Part shown: positions 1 through 11,472 of the stretch, piece after piece
How the letters are laid out: every line of letters starts with the position of its first letter
Numbering within the stretch: the stretch's first letter is position 1
Program-made: the position numbers and the translations under genes
DNA from: Callorhinchus milii
Lineage: Eukaryota
NCBI RefSeq assembly: GCF_018977255.1
Contig: NW_024704742.1
Location: 90,584,001-90,648,000, forward strand
Direction of reading: 5' to 3'
DNA length: 64,000 bases
The notes under the pieces: model-generated
Databases searched by the model: none
The model's input: only the letters and a program-made list of their open reading frames with translations
What the model was told of the DNA's origin: nothing

Positions 1-307
1 AGTGAAAATGGGGAGCATAGAGATTAGTTACCTTGCAGTGTCTACATTCTTTTGAACAGAGGCGTTCACCACACACAAATAAATGGGTTTTCCATTTATT
101 TTCTGATGTTTTCTTATTCCAATCCAAATTTGAAAATAAGGACTAGCTCTTCCCACATGAAGACAATGTCTGACTGCACCAAGCCAATAGGAATAAGGAG
201 ATTGCTCCTTCACTTATCATGCTAAAAACTTTGCCATGAACACCACTGAGAACATTATTCTGTTTGGATGTTTTTTTTTGTTTGACGAATGCTTAACTCA
301 CACATAA

Positions 308-402
308 TAAATATACAGTCAATTTACTTGTGAAGCGCTTTGAGTCATCTCAAAGATGTGATAAGGCGCTATATCAAATGCAAGAATTATAAGTATTATA
401 AT
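308..402 (+). mobile_element. 3' fragment of the tRNA-derived SINE
   Basis: atatacagtcaatt...gtgaagcgctttgag...gataaggcgctatatcaaatgcaag followed by an ATT-like tail. Confidence 0.8.
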
Positions 403-508
403 CATATTGCTGTACTTAAGAGAATCCAAATCAGACAGAGTTCCACATATGAATGGAAATTTCTCTTTGTCTGGAATGGATGCATTCTGCTCATCTAATC
501 CCAGAAAT

Positions 509-830
509 ATAATAATAATAATCCTTGCATTTGATATAGCGCTTTTCACGTCGGGAGGACGTCCCAAAGCGCCTCACAGAACACACTGTAAGGTGAATTG
601 ACTGTATATTTGTGGACGAACGCGGCAGCGAATTGCGCACAGCAATGTCCCACAAACAGTCGTAGATTCAAAATGACCAATTTATTATTGTTTTTGGTTT
701 TGGAGGGATTATTATTAGGCTCTGTGTGGAGTAAGGAAACTTGCCCAAGGTTTCGCCCTCTGCCTGGAATTGAACTCAGGTCTCTAACTTGCAAAGCGAG
801 TGCTCTAATCACTGAGCTACAGGACTCCAC
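509..830 (-). mobile_element. Full-length tRNA-derived SINE (young family)
   Basis: Reverse complement of the 1668-1987 copy: A box TAGCTCAGTGATTAGAGC, B box GAGTTCAATTCC, hairpin tail, (ATT)n. Confidence 0.93.
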
Positions 831-861
831 TGAAAGTACAATGGAACCTCACTAAATGTAA

Positions 862-1008
862 TCTGTTGTGCAAAATTGGCTGCGCGTTTCGCACACAAAA
901 TATAATCAATTCACTTTGCAGTATATTCTGTGAAGCACTTTGAGACGTCGCAATGACGTGATAAGGACCATATTAAAAGCAAGGATATTATAATAATATT
1001 ATAATTAT
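862..1008 (+). mobile_element. 3' half of SINE
   Basis: tgtgcaaaattggctgcgcgtttcgc...gtgaagcactttgagacgtc...gacgtgataagg plus an ATT tail. Confidence 0.8.
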
Positions 1009-1389
1009 TGTTGGGATCCATAAAATCCCAGAAGTTTTGAGATTTAGTACAGTGGTCCAACCCAAATTGACAAGGGGTCACTGAGATGCAGAAAATGCCT
1101 CCTTATAATAAAAAAGGACTTAGCCTAGAATGACGTGATAAGCACTATATCAGATGCAAGGATTATATGATTATATTATTATTTATTGTACAGGTGTACT
1201 GTTTGCACATGTTATGCATTATATATGCTCATTTTTGCATTGCAAATGAGTAACAGTAAGTTTTTCTTTGCAACAAAATTTTCAGCAATAACATTTTACT
1301 TCCATCAACCAACTGAAATGGCAATACTCCACTATGTCATTGTACATAACAGCACACAGTATAACCTGAACAAGTATGTGCTGCTGATT

Positions 1390-1620
1390 TTTCTCTTTGA
1401 CCGAGCCTTCAGCTCCCCTCTCGACTCTCTTCCCCCTTCTCGCTCCCTCCCATCCCTCCCCTCACCCTGACCATTTCCCCCCTCCTCGCTCCCTCCCTTC
1501 CCTCCCCTCACCCTGACCATTTCCCCCCTGCTCGGATCATGACCCAACTGTGCAGCGCCTTGGGACGCCCTCCTGACGTGAAAGGCGCTTTATAAATGGA
1601 ATCTTGTTGTTGTTGTTGTT
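1390..1620 (+). mobile_element. L2 LINE 3' end
   Basis: ctctttgaccgagccttc (ORF2 end), C-rich 3' UTR, cagcgccttgggacg...gacgtgaaaggcgct hairpin and (GTT)n tail shared with the RT-bearing copies at 27919 and 29994. Confidence 0.88.
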
Positions 1621-1667
1621 ATTGATATGACGTATGCCTGATATACGACAATAAAGTTCCACTGTAC

Positions 1668-1987
1668 GTGGAGTCCTGTAGCTCAGTGGTTAGAGCACTC
1701 GCTTTGCAAGCGAGAGACCTGAGTTCAATTCCAGGCAGAGGGCGAAACCTTGGGCAAGTTTCCTTACTCCACACACCTAATAATAATCCCTCCAAAACCA
1801 AAACAATAATAAATTGGTCATTTTCAATCTACGACTGTTTGTGGGACATTGCTGTGCGCAATTGGCTGCCGCGTTCGCCCACAAATATACAGTTAATTCA
1901 CTTTAGTGTGTTCTGTGAAGCGCTTTGGGACATCCTCCCGACATGAAAAGCGCTATATCAAATTCAAGGATTATTATTATTATTATT
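1668..1987 (+). mobile_element. Full-length tRNA-derived SINE
   Basis: GTGGAGTCCTGTAGCTCAGTGGTTAGAGC (A box), GAGTTCAATTCC (B box), body gtgggacattgctgtgcgcaattggctgccgcg, (ATT)n tail; many copies in the window. Confidence 0.93.
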
Positions 1988-2183
1988 GCAGAAAAATGCA
2001 TTTTGAATCACATGAACCAAATGATTTTGTGATCTATATTTTATATCTATCTGAAATGTAAGTTGATTCATCAATATGGAAGTGCACATACCTGAAAAGT
2101 AAAATGGCTACATTTGGCCAGTTCCCAATGGGTTGGACATCACTGGTTTACTAAACCTTTTCGTGCATCAAAGTAAAACATAC

Positions 2184-2407
2184 CTGAATTGTCTGTTTGC
2201 TGGCTTGAAACCTCTGGTTAGCGAAAGTCAACTCAGATGTTAATTTCTGTTTCTTTTCCTTTAATTCACGGACAGCATTTAAGGCTGCTCTCTTTCCATT
2301 TTGAATGACAGTAAACTGCCCCTGAAGCGATTTTAGACGATGCTGTAACGCACAGAAGGAAATACTTCGCTTGACCAACACTAGGCTCGGCTTCTTCTCC
2401 TTGCAGG
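2184..2407 (-). CDS. CNTLN: Centlein exon (224 nt, phase 1/0): (A)CKEKKPSLVLVKRSISFCALQHRLKSLQGQFTVIQNGKRAA...NQRFQASKQTIQ
   Basis: attatAG and CAG|GTatgt boundaries. Matches centlein LRERIISLQQQNSVLQNAKKTA...DQRFQTSRQTIK. Confidence 0.95.
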
Positions 2408-2839
2408 CTATAATTTTGAATATAATTGTAAGAGTAAATGTTTTTTCAATATGAAAAAATAAGTAGCAGCATGTGCTTGAATTAGAGACAACTGGACTGA
2501 ATAGCAATAGTAAACTTTAAAAATGAGACGACTGCCATTTACTTAGTCATGAAAAACTTGAGAATAAAATTAACAGCTTCCGAAGGCATTAACATCTTTA
2601 AATAATATAGGATTTACTGATTTGTTCTTGTAAATAAAGACTGTGAAAAAGCAAAACGTCCAATGGCTGCAAAGAACTATTAATCAAAATCATTTAAAAT
2701 CAAGAATTTAATAAGTTTCAAAAGTAAAACAGATTATGATCAGAGAAAAGTAATGTTCCTGAAAAGCTTAATTATGGCCAGCTTAAAAACTAATGGTAGA
2801 ACACAAAAGTCCTCAGGGTCTCAAATTAACTCCATCTAC

Positions 2840-2920
2840 TGGCAAATTTGCTACGGCATTTTTTTTTCGTCTTCTTGCAATGACTTGTTAATGAGCGGTT
2901 CCCACACATGAAAAGGAATT
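2840..2920 (-). CDS. CNTLN: Candidate symmetric (phase 1/1) centlein exon: (E)FLFMCGNRSLTSHCKKTKKKCRSKFA
   Basis: About 60 nt of pyrimidine-rich tract ending ttctctttAG, then an open frame with a basic patch. Donors are weak: A|GTagat (end 2840) or A|GTtaat (end 2831), both frame-preserving. Confidence 0.4.
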
Positions 2921-3939
2921 CTAAAGAGAATATTGACAGAAATAACAAAATGAAATCAGAAAATAGGTTGAATAAAAAAGAAGCTATCAAATGGAAGCTT
3001 ACCCCATATGTCATTAATTCTGCCGGTTGAATTCAAATTATTCAGTGGAATTTGACTCAATATGAAAATTCTACTACTGGTCTAAAACTAAATTTAGAAT
3101 CACAATTTATGTCTCATTATTCAGACACAATTATGCAGTGACGTACTTAACTAATTTAGAATACCAGATTCAATCTTAGCTATTTGGCTCCTGATGCAAG
3201 AACCCAGTAATCCCAAATTATCACCTAAAAGTCCTAGAAACTCTAGAATACCTCTTTTGAAGGTTATATTACTCATTCTTTGAATATAGTCATCCCCCTT
3301 GTATGACAGGTTAACTAAAGCATGTAGCCAAGAAATCACAAGGCTTCGCCTCTTTTAGGAACCTGAGCCGAGATGAAAACAGCTTGGCAAAACTGCATGT
3401 TTCTCTCAAAAATCAAAACAAAAATGTTCAGTTATTACAAGAGGAACGCCTTTAAAATGCCACATAAAATCACTTGTTTGAAATCATAATGACTGCCCAC
3501 TTGGGATCACCCTTGAGCCTGTAAGTAGGATCTTGTCTGTTGGGTGCCAATAGTGGAGGATTTATTTGGGATGTCCTCCCGACATGAAAGGCGCTTTACA
3601 AAGTAATTTTGTTGGTGTTTATTTTGTGAATACCCAAAGTTTTATAAATAAGTGGAGGCCTGCTTCTGGCACTTTTAATTCTGACTACGTAGAGAGTAAC
3701 CTCTCTTCATATCCACAAGGTATAACTGACGGTTATTTCATATTTGGAAAATCTTAGGAAGATGGGATTGTCATCTTCTGATGAAATGCAAAGTAGATAG
3801 CACCTCAGGCAATAATTTAGGATGAGAAGGCAAAAATACAAAATGAACAAGCCTCCAGCGAGACTACTCCACCAGAGATAATAGATATGTGGAATAGATG
3901 AAGCTCAAAAGGAGTTACCAGTCTCTCAGTTTTATTGGA

Positions 3940-4312
3940 AAGAAATAACTTTAATTTTTATAGTGCCTTATGCTGAAATGTTTCAAACGACTCTACAAGT
4001 AATTACTGTTGAGTATAGTGACTGTTTCTCTGTTGGCACAGTCTCACATAATTTATACCAGCATGTCAAACACAGGCATGAGGTGAGTGGCCAAGTGAAA
4101 TGATGGCCAAGATACCTGGGGAGCAATTTTGGAACAGTGACATAGGATCCCAAAACTTCATTAAAAAAAACAGGCAGATAGGACGTCACTGTAACCTCTC
4201 ATCTGAAAGATGCCACCTCTGACAATGGAGCCACCCCCCAGTACTGCATTACGATGTCAGTCAAAAATATCCGCTCAAGATCTGACATGGAGCTTCAACA
4301 CAATCTTACTCA
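3940..4312 (-). mobile_element. Old DeuSINE-like (SacSINE1-type) element, diverged
   Basis: acctctcatctgaaagatgccacctctgacaatg...cagtactgcatt...tgtcag resembles the reverse complement of the shark DeuSINE 5'/core region as recalled. A tail remnant lies at the left end. Confidence 0.6.
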
Positions 4313-4860
4313 AAATAAAACAAATAAAAAATCGTAAATAGCGGAAATCTAAAACAAAATGTAAAAAAAACTGGAAACCAGCCCCTGGATAATTATCTAG
4401 TTGAGAACATTGAAGGCTATGAAGTAGAGAATCAAATACTCTGTGGAGCTCATTGGTTCCTGTGGCATAGAAATGTCATTGTGAAATGCAGCTACTGTAA
4501 TTAGGACTGAACAGCATAGATTGTACTGTTAAGAGGAGTCGTCTGGAGTCAAGATAGATTACATAATGCAGTCAGGGAGACATTTCGAAGCTTTATTTTT
4601 ATAAGTTTTACTTATGGTTATTCAGCTCAAGGCACTGAGTAATTTGGCTATATTTGATGATAGCATAAATCATACATAGTCTACAGAAGGATCAATCTTC
4701 ATTGTCATATTTTATGTTCTTTTGAAAGCAATGAATTCTCAAATCCTCATGCCACAAAAAGTAAGGCAAGTCAAAGAAAGGTTCATGGGCTCTCCTTTAC
4801 TTTCCATAATGGCATTTTTCTTTTGTAATCTGACACTTTAATGAGTGGAATTCACAATAC

Positions 4861-4954
4861 CGTTGGAAAGAGATTGGGATGAGTCAACTTCTGCTTTAGT
4901 TCTCATCTTGCTCTGCAGTTTACTTGTTTGTTTGTTTCCTTCTTCAGCAGATAT
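4861..4954 (-). CDS. CNTLN: Probable centlein exon (94 nt, phase 0/1): ISAEEGNKQTSKLQSKMRTKAEVDSSQSLSN
   Basis: Strong tttgtatttctttAG acceptor and ACG|GTattg donor. It supplies the phase 0-to-1 bridge needed between the exons at 8309 and 2407. It falls in a poorly conserved linker, so the call rests on phase and position. Confidence 0.75.
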
Positions 4955-6213
4955 CTAAAGAAATACAAACACAATAAATTCTGGAGTTCTAGGCAAAGGC
5001 ATTAAAGTGCTTTATTTGACAGGATAAAATCCTGAATCTTTCTGAATAGCTGACTGCTGGCTACTATTTGAAAACAATATATTCTAAAAGCATTCATTAA
5101 AAGCATCTATGCTAGATAACTACTCAAATCAGGATCCAGATATATAGTGCATAAAAACATGTGTTTATTATTTTATCATGCACTGATTTAACTTCAGGTA
5201 ACACCTGGATAATTATTTAGTTGAGAATATTGAAGGTTATGAAGTAGATAAAGAGAATCATGATTTATCATCCGATAGAAGGGTGACAATGGATCCTTAG
5301 TGCTGGTAGCCAGCATGAAGTACAGAATGAATAATAAAATAATAATAATTTGTAAACTTACCTTCACAAATAATTTTGCAAATTGTTTTGAGACATTTAT
5401 AACATTTATTAAGAATCTAAATTGGACTTTCAAATCCTTGTGAATACTACAATTTCTTGCACAGGATGTGATAACATCTTTTTGGGCAACAAGAGTCAAA
5501 CAATCTTGGGTCGAACTCTATTGCCTTAGGCAAGTTGTAACGTCTTAGATTCTTCCATTTACACTACAACCATATTCAGCCTGTAAATTTCTCACAAACA
5601 ATTGTGGTTTCAACTGCATGAGGAAATAAAATGGAGTTATTTTTTCTTCCCAAATGCACTGTTAAATACCAAGTGAATTTGTGGGTTTTGCACATTGTTC
5701 AGTTTGAGAAGTTTATTTGTGCAATAACAGATCTTGGTGCAATGTTGACTTGACATTACGCAATGATAACTTAGACCTAATTCAATGCAGAGTTCACCTT
5801 AGATTTCCTCTTGTTTAACACATTAAAAGTCAAATGGTTTTAAAAATGGATGCACTGGGTTCTGACTTGGCCATTTTTATTTGTGTTAACATTTGTGCTT
5901 GAATTTTAAATCAGTCATTTTGGCTATTGTAATATTACACAGATGCTTTGGGAAAAGGAGGACCTGGCTAAAAATTATCGTACAAATAAACTTCTCAAAC
6001 TGAGAAATGTGCCCAAACCACAAAAATGACTAAAAATCATGGGCAGACATTCTGCCAACTCATTTTTGAGAAGAATATCTGTACACCATGACAACACAAA
6101 CAAGACTGCTATTGGAATGAAAAGATTATGAATGTTTGTTAAATGGCAACATGTGTTTTGGACACAAAATTGGAACCAGAAACAACTGAGTTTTGTGAAA
6201 AGATTTGATTCTT

Positions 6214-7327
6214 GTAGCCCCGTAGCAGATCGATTAAAGCACTCGCTCACGCAAGCGAGAGGTCCCAGGTTAAATTTCCGGGCAGAGCGAAACCTTATGC
6301 AAATTTCCTAATACCACACACTTCTGTACTTACTGTAATTAGCAGTAATTGGGAACCCAGTTATTAATTGACTGGCACATAGCATTAGAGGTGTAATAAT
6401 CCCTTCAAACAATAAATAAAATAATATTTTGGTCACTCACAAAAGATGCAGTCAATTCAATTTTATAGTATATTCAGTGTAGTGCATTGAGACAATTCAA
6501 CAACATGATAAAGCGCTAATAATAATAATCCTTGTCTTTTATATAGCGCTTTTCACTTCTTCTAGATGTCTCAAAGCGCTTCACAGAATATACTGTACTG
6601 TGAATTGACTGTATCTTTGTGGGCGAAACTTGGCAGCCAATTGCGCACAGCAGTGTCCTACAAACAGTCATGGATTGAAGTGACCAATTTATTATTCTTT
6701 TTTTTTCTTGAGGGATTATTATCAAGTGTGTGGAATAAGGAAACTTGTCCAAGATTTCACCCTGCCGGGAATTGAACCCAGGTCTCTCGCTTGCAAAGCG
6801 AGTGCTCTAACGACTGACCACTAACCTCAAACCACTAACCATTTTACAGTATATTCTGTGAAGCGCTTTGAGACGTTTTGAAGACATAATAAGGCACTAT
6901 ATCAAATGCAAGGATTATTAATATAGCACTGTATTTTTCTCCACATGAGCCATCTACATTTAATAATAATCCTCGCATTTGGTATAGCGCCTTATTATGT
7001 CTTCAAGACGTCTCAAAGCGTTTCATAGAATATACTGTAAAGTGAATTCACTGTATATTTGTGGGCAAAACGCGGCAGCCAATTGCACACAGCAGTGTCC
7101 CACAAACAGTCGTGATTGAGTGACCAATTTATTATTTTTTTCTAAGGAATTATTACCCCCAGAAAAACAATCCGCCAATCGACAAACAACTGGGTTCCTA
7201 TTTACTGATAGGTAAACAGAGGCGTGTGGAGTAAGTAAACTTGTCCAACATTTCACCCTGCCAGGAATCAAACCCAGGTCTCTCACTTGCTAGGCAAATG
7301 CTCTAACCACTGAGCTACAGGACTCCT
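6214..7327. mobile_element. Cluster of four SINE copies: + 6214-6516, - 6517-6818, + tail 6840-6921, - 6961-7327
   Basis: Each piece matches the head and/or tail of the SINE at 1668. Confidence 0.9.
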
Positions 7328-8308
7328 ACATTCACATTCCCATATATTTTAATGTTCCTCTACTTAAAAGAGAAATTCCTTCCAATAGATGTGCTGAAGA
7401 AGGCCATGAAGCGATATCCTTATATAAGGAAGTTTATGCCGTACTGTCATTCTGAAGGATTGGTAAATTTCCAATTGATTTGGTTAATTTATCAATTACT
7501 TGTAATTATAAAAGAATGAAATCTACCATTTCAGAAATGAATGTTAAGAGGTCCATAATATTAAACTGTACTACACCTTGAGTGAAAAATACATTTCACA
7601 TTAGCATGGGCATTCAGCATTCTCCATGCTAAAACTAGACATACTACTCATTAATTGTCAATATAGAACTTCTCATTAATTAGCACGCACTTATAATGGT
7701 AGCTACGAACCATTTATCTCAACCAGCATTAGCTAACCATAAAAAAAAATCAGTGGGATTGCATTGTTGGATCAACTAACATGCTCAAGAGACAGAAAAA
7801 TCACAAATATTTCATCTAGACAAACCTTGTTTTGGAATTGAATAATGATGAACTAATTTTGAATTTGGATACGCACATATTTTGTCAAATTATTGAGATT
7901 AGTATTTATTATTATAAAAATTATATTTCATCCTTTTCAAAATAACTTGAAATATTTTAATTTCATGACAAACACCATAAAAATACCAACCTATCTTCTG
8001 CACTAATTCTGATTATATCCTTAAATTATGCCATCTAAATTTTTCAGAATACAGCTCAAGTATGGAAAAGAATACTCAATTTTGTTTTAGATTTCTTACG
8101 TTTGCTCCTTGGGACGTCCTCCGAACGTGAAAAGCACTATGGAAATGCTGTTGTTGTTTGCACATTTTTGGACAAAAAAACTATCACTGCTTCAACCCAA
8201 AACATCATTTATAAATTTAAGTTACCTCAAATTTTGGATTTATTTTTTAAAAAAGGCTTTTTACTAACAATTTATCTCTTTGTCATTCCTGCAAAATTTT
8301 CTACTTAC

Positions 8309-8396
8309 CATATTTTTTACTGCTGGTAGAGCTCTTTTCTGAGCAGACTTTACAATAACTTCTCCCAAACTCTCAGGGGCAGTCTCCTTGGAGTCA
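8309..8396 (-). CDS. CNTLN: Centlein exon (88 nt, phase 2/0): (S)DSKETAPESLGEVIVKSAQKRALPAVKNM
   Basis: tttttcgaatctAG and ATG|GTaagt boundaries. Resembles centlein SDSEAQTSQTLGTIIVETSQK. Confidence 0.9.
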
Positions 8397-9125
8397 CTAG
8401 ATTCGAAAAACAGTAGGAAAGTGTTTTTTTTATTGAAGGAACAAAGCTTTACAATAGTCAGGAGTTTCAGTCTTAACACAGAAAAGCACAACTGTAAAAC
8501 ACCCCCTGAATGAAAATTAATAACAGAACACCTCATTTTCAACAATCATTCAATTAACATTAGTTGAATGACTGTGCATAAAACATACATGAAATAATTA
8601 GTGTGGATAGTTCTTAATTTAAAGGATGTTAAACAGCTTGTAAGCATCTGGTAGCAAGCTGAAATAGGTCATTCAAAATTTATCTAACTAAATTAAGGGG
8701 AAAAAAATTGGTTTCTCCTCCTGGATCGACATGTCACAAGATAACTAAACTGACTTAGCAGGGTTGCCTGGGAATCCTTAGCTGTCAGTGGTGAATATGC
8801 AAAGGGCCAGCAAATTAAATCAACCTGCCAAACTGTCAATTTCAAGCCTCATGACTACATGAAAATCGCATCACTGAAAGAAATCATGCATTGCCTTATT
8901 CTGGATTTCCTGGCATCAATTCAAACATTCATGCAGTTGTAGCTAATTTCACATGCAAATTTCAGTCAATAAGCTTGAAGCAAGACATCCCATGACTATT
9001 CAAAGATCTGACAGTATTTTTCCCTGAATATGAAATCGAAAGTACATGGAATCCAATCTCCATTTGCTTACAGTATGCATATGCAGAATGACCACTCGGC
9101 AGAGCAAAATTAATGAGAACTCTAC

Positions 9126-9649
9126 CTGTCTTCACTAATGTCCTCCCACCCATCCTTACTGAAGTTCTCAAACACAGCGCTCATCTCCTTGATGGATCGA
9201 TTGAGAGAACTCTGGTACCGTTTCATGGCATTCTTTTTCCTTATTCTTACTCTGGCATTGGGGTTTACTGTCTTACACCTGCAGTGACCACAACTTGCTC
9301 TCTCTGCAGTTGTGGTTTTGGCAGTGAAAGCCTTAGCTTCGCCAAGCACCCTCTTCAGTGCTTGCATTTGATGCAAAACTGCTGCATTTTCATGTCTCAA
9401 TTTTGTAGTGTCTGCAATTTGCCGCTTTAGAGATGATGCTTCTGTCTTTAGTTCATCCATCATCACATGCAGCTCATTTTTCTCTTCTCTGATTTGTTCA
9501 TTCTCCTTCAGCAGTTTTCTTATTTCCATGCCTTGATTTTCTAAGACTCTTTTGAGTGACATTTTGGCTTGGGCTAACTCCGTATTTGTTTCTTTCAAAT
9601 GTCTGGCATCTTTCTCAATGCTTTTGAGCTTCTTTTCCAAATTGGAGAT
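9126..9649 (-). CDS. CNTLN: Centlein large coiled-coil exon (524 nt, phase 0/2): ISNLEKKLKSIEK...LNRSIKEMSAVFENFSKDGWEDISED
   Basis: Core of ORF 9122..9667, with tttcAG and AG|GTagag boundaries. The C-terminal motif matches centlein LNHSIKVMSNVFENLSKDGWEDVSES. Confidence 0.96.
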
Positions 9650-10864
9650 CTGAAACTGCAATTTCAAATAAACTTGAAAATCAAAATTATATGGTTAAAC
9701 TTTATAAATCAAAACTGATCGACTAAACATAATATCCTATTTTCTCAAATATTCAGGCCACACACAGTACAAGACAACCCAGTTATTAGATACAGGTGCA
9801 CGACCAAATGGCTATGAGTATCGCTTATGGATTATCAGGTCACCCATGTCTTCACTTTCTGGGATGTACACCATGTGCAGGAAGCATCGCTAATGTTACT
9901 CTCTGCATCATTTATGCAAGCCAAGCACAATAAACATCACTGACATTACTTCCTTTGCAATGCTCCTATGCACAGCATGAATGTACACAATGTACAACAA
10001 TTGACATCAGCATTGATCTGATGCCTGGGAAGGTGGTCATGTTTTAGTCTTGTCAGTGCCAGAAGTTGGTGTACCACACTATAAGTACCACTATCAACTG
10101 GGGATCATTCTAATGGAGGCTGCCCTTTACTTTCCTAATTATAGTCACATTTGTGTACAAAACTTCACATTGTTCATTTACAAAGATTTGCCCAAATAAA
10201 ATTATTTGTTAACATGTCAAAGAGGAGACTATCATTTTATAAGATTACTTATGAGGGTACATCATTCTTTTGCAATATTTCTGAAGCAAATGGTGCTCCA
10301 ATAATAACGCAAATATTGCCCTAAAACTTTGTTAACAATAATGGTAAGATTTTCAAGGGCACTGGAGAAGCTTAGCTTCTTGCTTCCAATTTTCCAGTCA
10401 AGTATATATATTATAATTTTCCAATCAAGTATTTACACAGTTCTGATTTCAAACTTAATTCTGGTCATAAATTAGTTATGTACAAAGCACACACCATAAA
10501 GTTACACAGTCAGTTCAAGTCTGTTACATAATCTGGTGTTAATGCTCATGATCAGTTATACTCTTACAGCTGAATAATTGTATATTTCAAGTAAACAGAA
10601 GTTTTTAAAACTCATTCGGCAGATTCAAAAAAGCCCAGATGTTTAAGAAAATTGCAAGACAAAGTAATCAAGCCACACAACATATAGTTCAATTAATGGA
10701 TTTTACAAATGAGATAATATAGTATAGTATTTCAACAATGAATTAAATTGGCAGTGTGTTGTGACAATCCACTAGAGCACTGATACATAATACCAAGGAG
10801 GAGTAAAATACCCAAGTTAATTACTCACTTTACCGAACGATCAATCTCACTTGCACTACTATGA

Positions 10865-10988
10865 GATTCGCCCACAAATATACAGTCAATTCACTTTACA
10901 GTGTGTTCTGTGAAGCGCTTTGGGACGTCCTCCCGACGTGAAAAGCGCTATATCAAATGCAAGGATTATTATTATTACTATTATCATT
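10865..10988 (+). mobile_element. SINE 3' fragment (CTCCC-loop tail variant)
   Basis: gtgaagcgctttgggacgtcctcccgacgtgaaaagcgctatatcaaatgcaaggattattatt. Confidence 0.9.
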
Positions 10989-11196
10989 ATAGTACTAAAC
11001 AGTGGCCAAGAGCAGAGAGGAAATCAGAGGAAGAATCATAGCCTTGCTACTGTTGTGCACTCTGGCAATCACCTTATCAGTGGCACATGTGAATGTCACT
11101 GCTATTATTATATTGTCCACCAGTATCTATATTGTGGTGGTGGTGGGGGTGGGGGGGGGAAAGAAGGGAAGGAAAATTGCATCATAAACTCTCAAA

Positions 11197-11472
11197 TGGA
11201 GTCATTTAGCTCAGTGATTAGAGCACTCGCTTCGCAAGCGAGAGACCTGGGTTCGATACCCAGCGGGGCAAAATGTGGAGCAACAATGTTTCCTCACTCC
11301 ACACACCTCTATTTACCAAGCAGTATGTAGGAAATGGTTGTTAGTCGATTGGCAGATCGCTGTTCCGGGGGTAATAATTCCTTAAAAATATTATAAATTG
11401 GTCACTTCAATTCACAACTGTTTGTGGGATACTGCTGTATGCAATTGGTTGCCACGGATTATTATTATTTAT
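11197..11472 (+). mobile_element. SINE with tRNA head and the 3' hairpin region deleted
   Basis: tggagtcatttagctcagtgattagagcactcgc...gggttcgataccc; the body jumps from gccac directly to ggattattatt. Confidence 0.85.

Noticed and set aside
28..213. ORF ending at a good donor-like AAG|GTAACT, as a further CNTLN exon
   Set aside because: No convincing acceptor, and the frames I translated do not resemble the expected next centlein segment.
1668..1740. tRNA-like sequences with A and B boxes (many copies)
   Set aside because: They are SINE heads, always attached to the same body and tail, not tRNA genes.
546..1946. Recurrent near-identical short ORFs (MESCSSV..., MGRPPDVKS...)
   Set aside because: Translations of the SINE, not a gene family.
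4383..5260. Direct repeat of about 55 bp flanking exon 4861-4954
   Set aside because: Both copies read LDNYLVENIEGY, like a CR1 ORF2 terminus; most simply two old LINE remnants.
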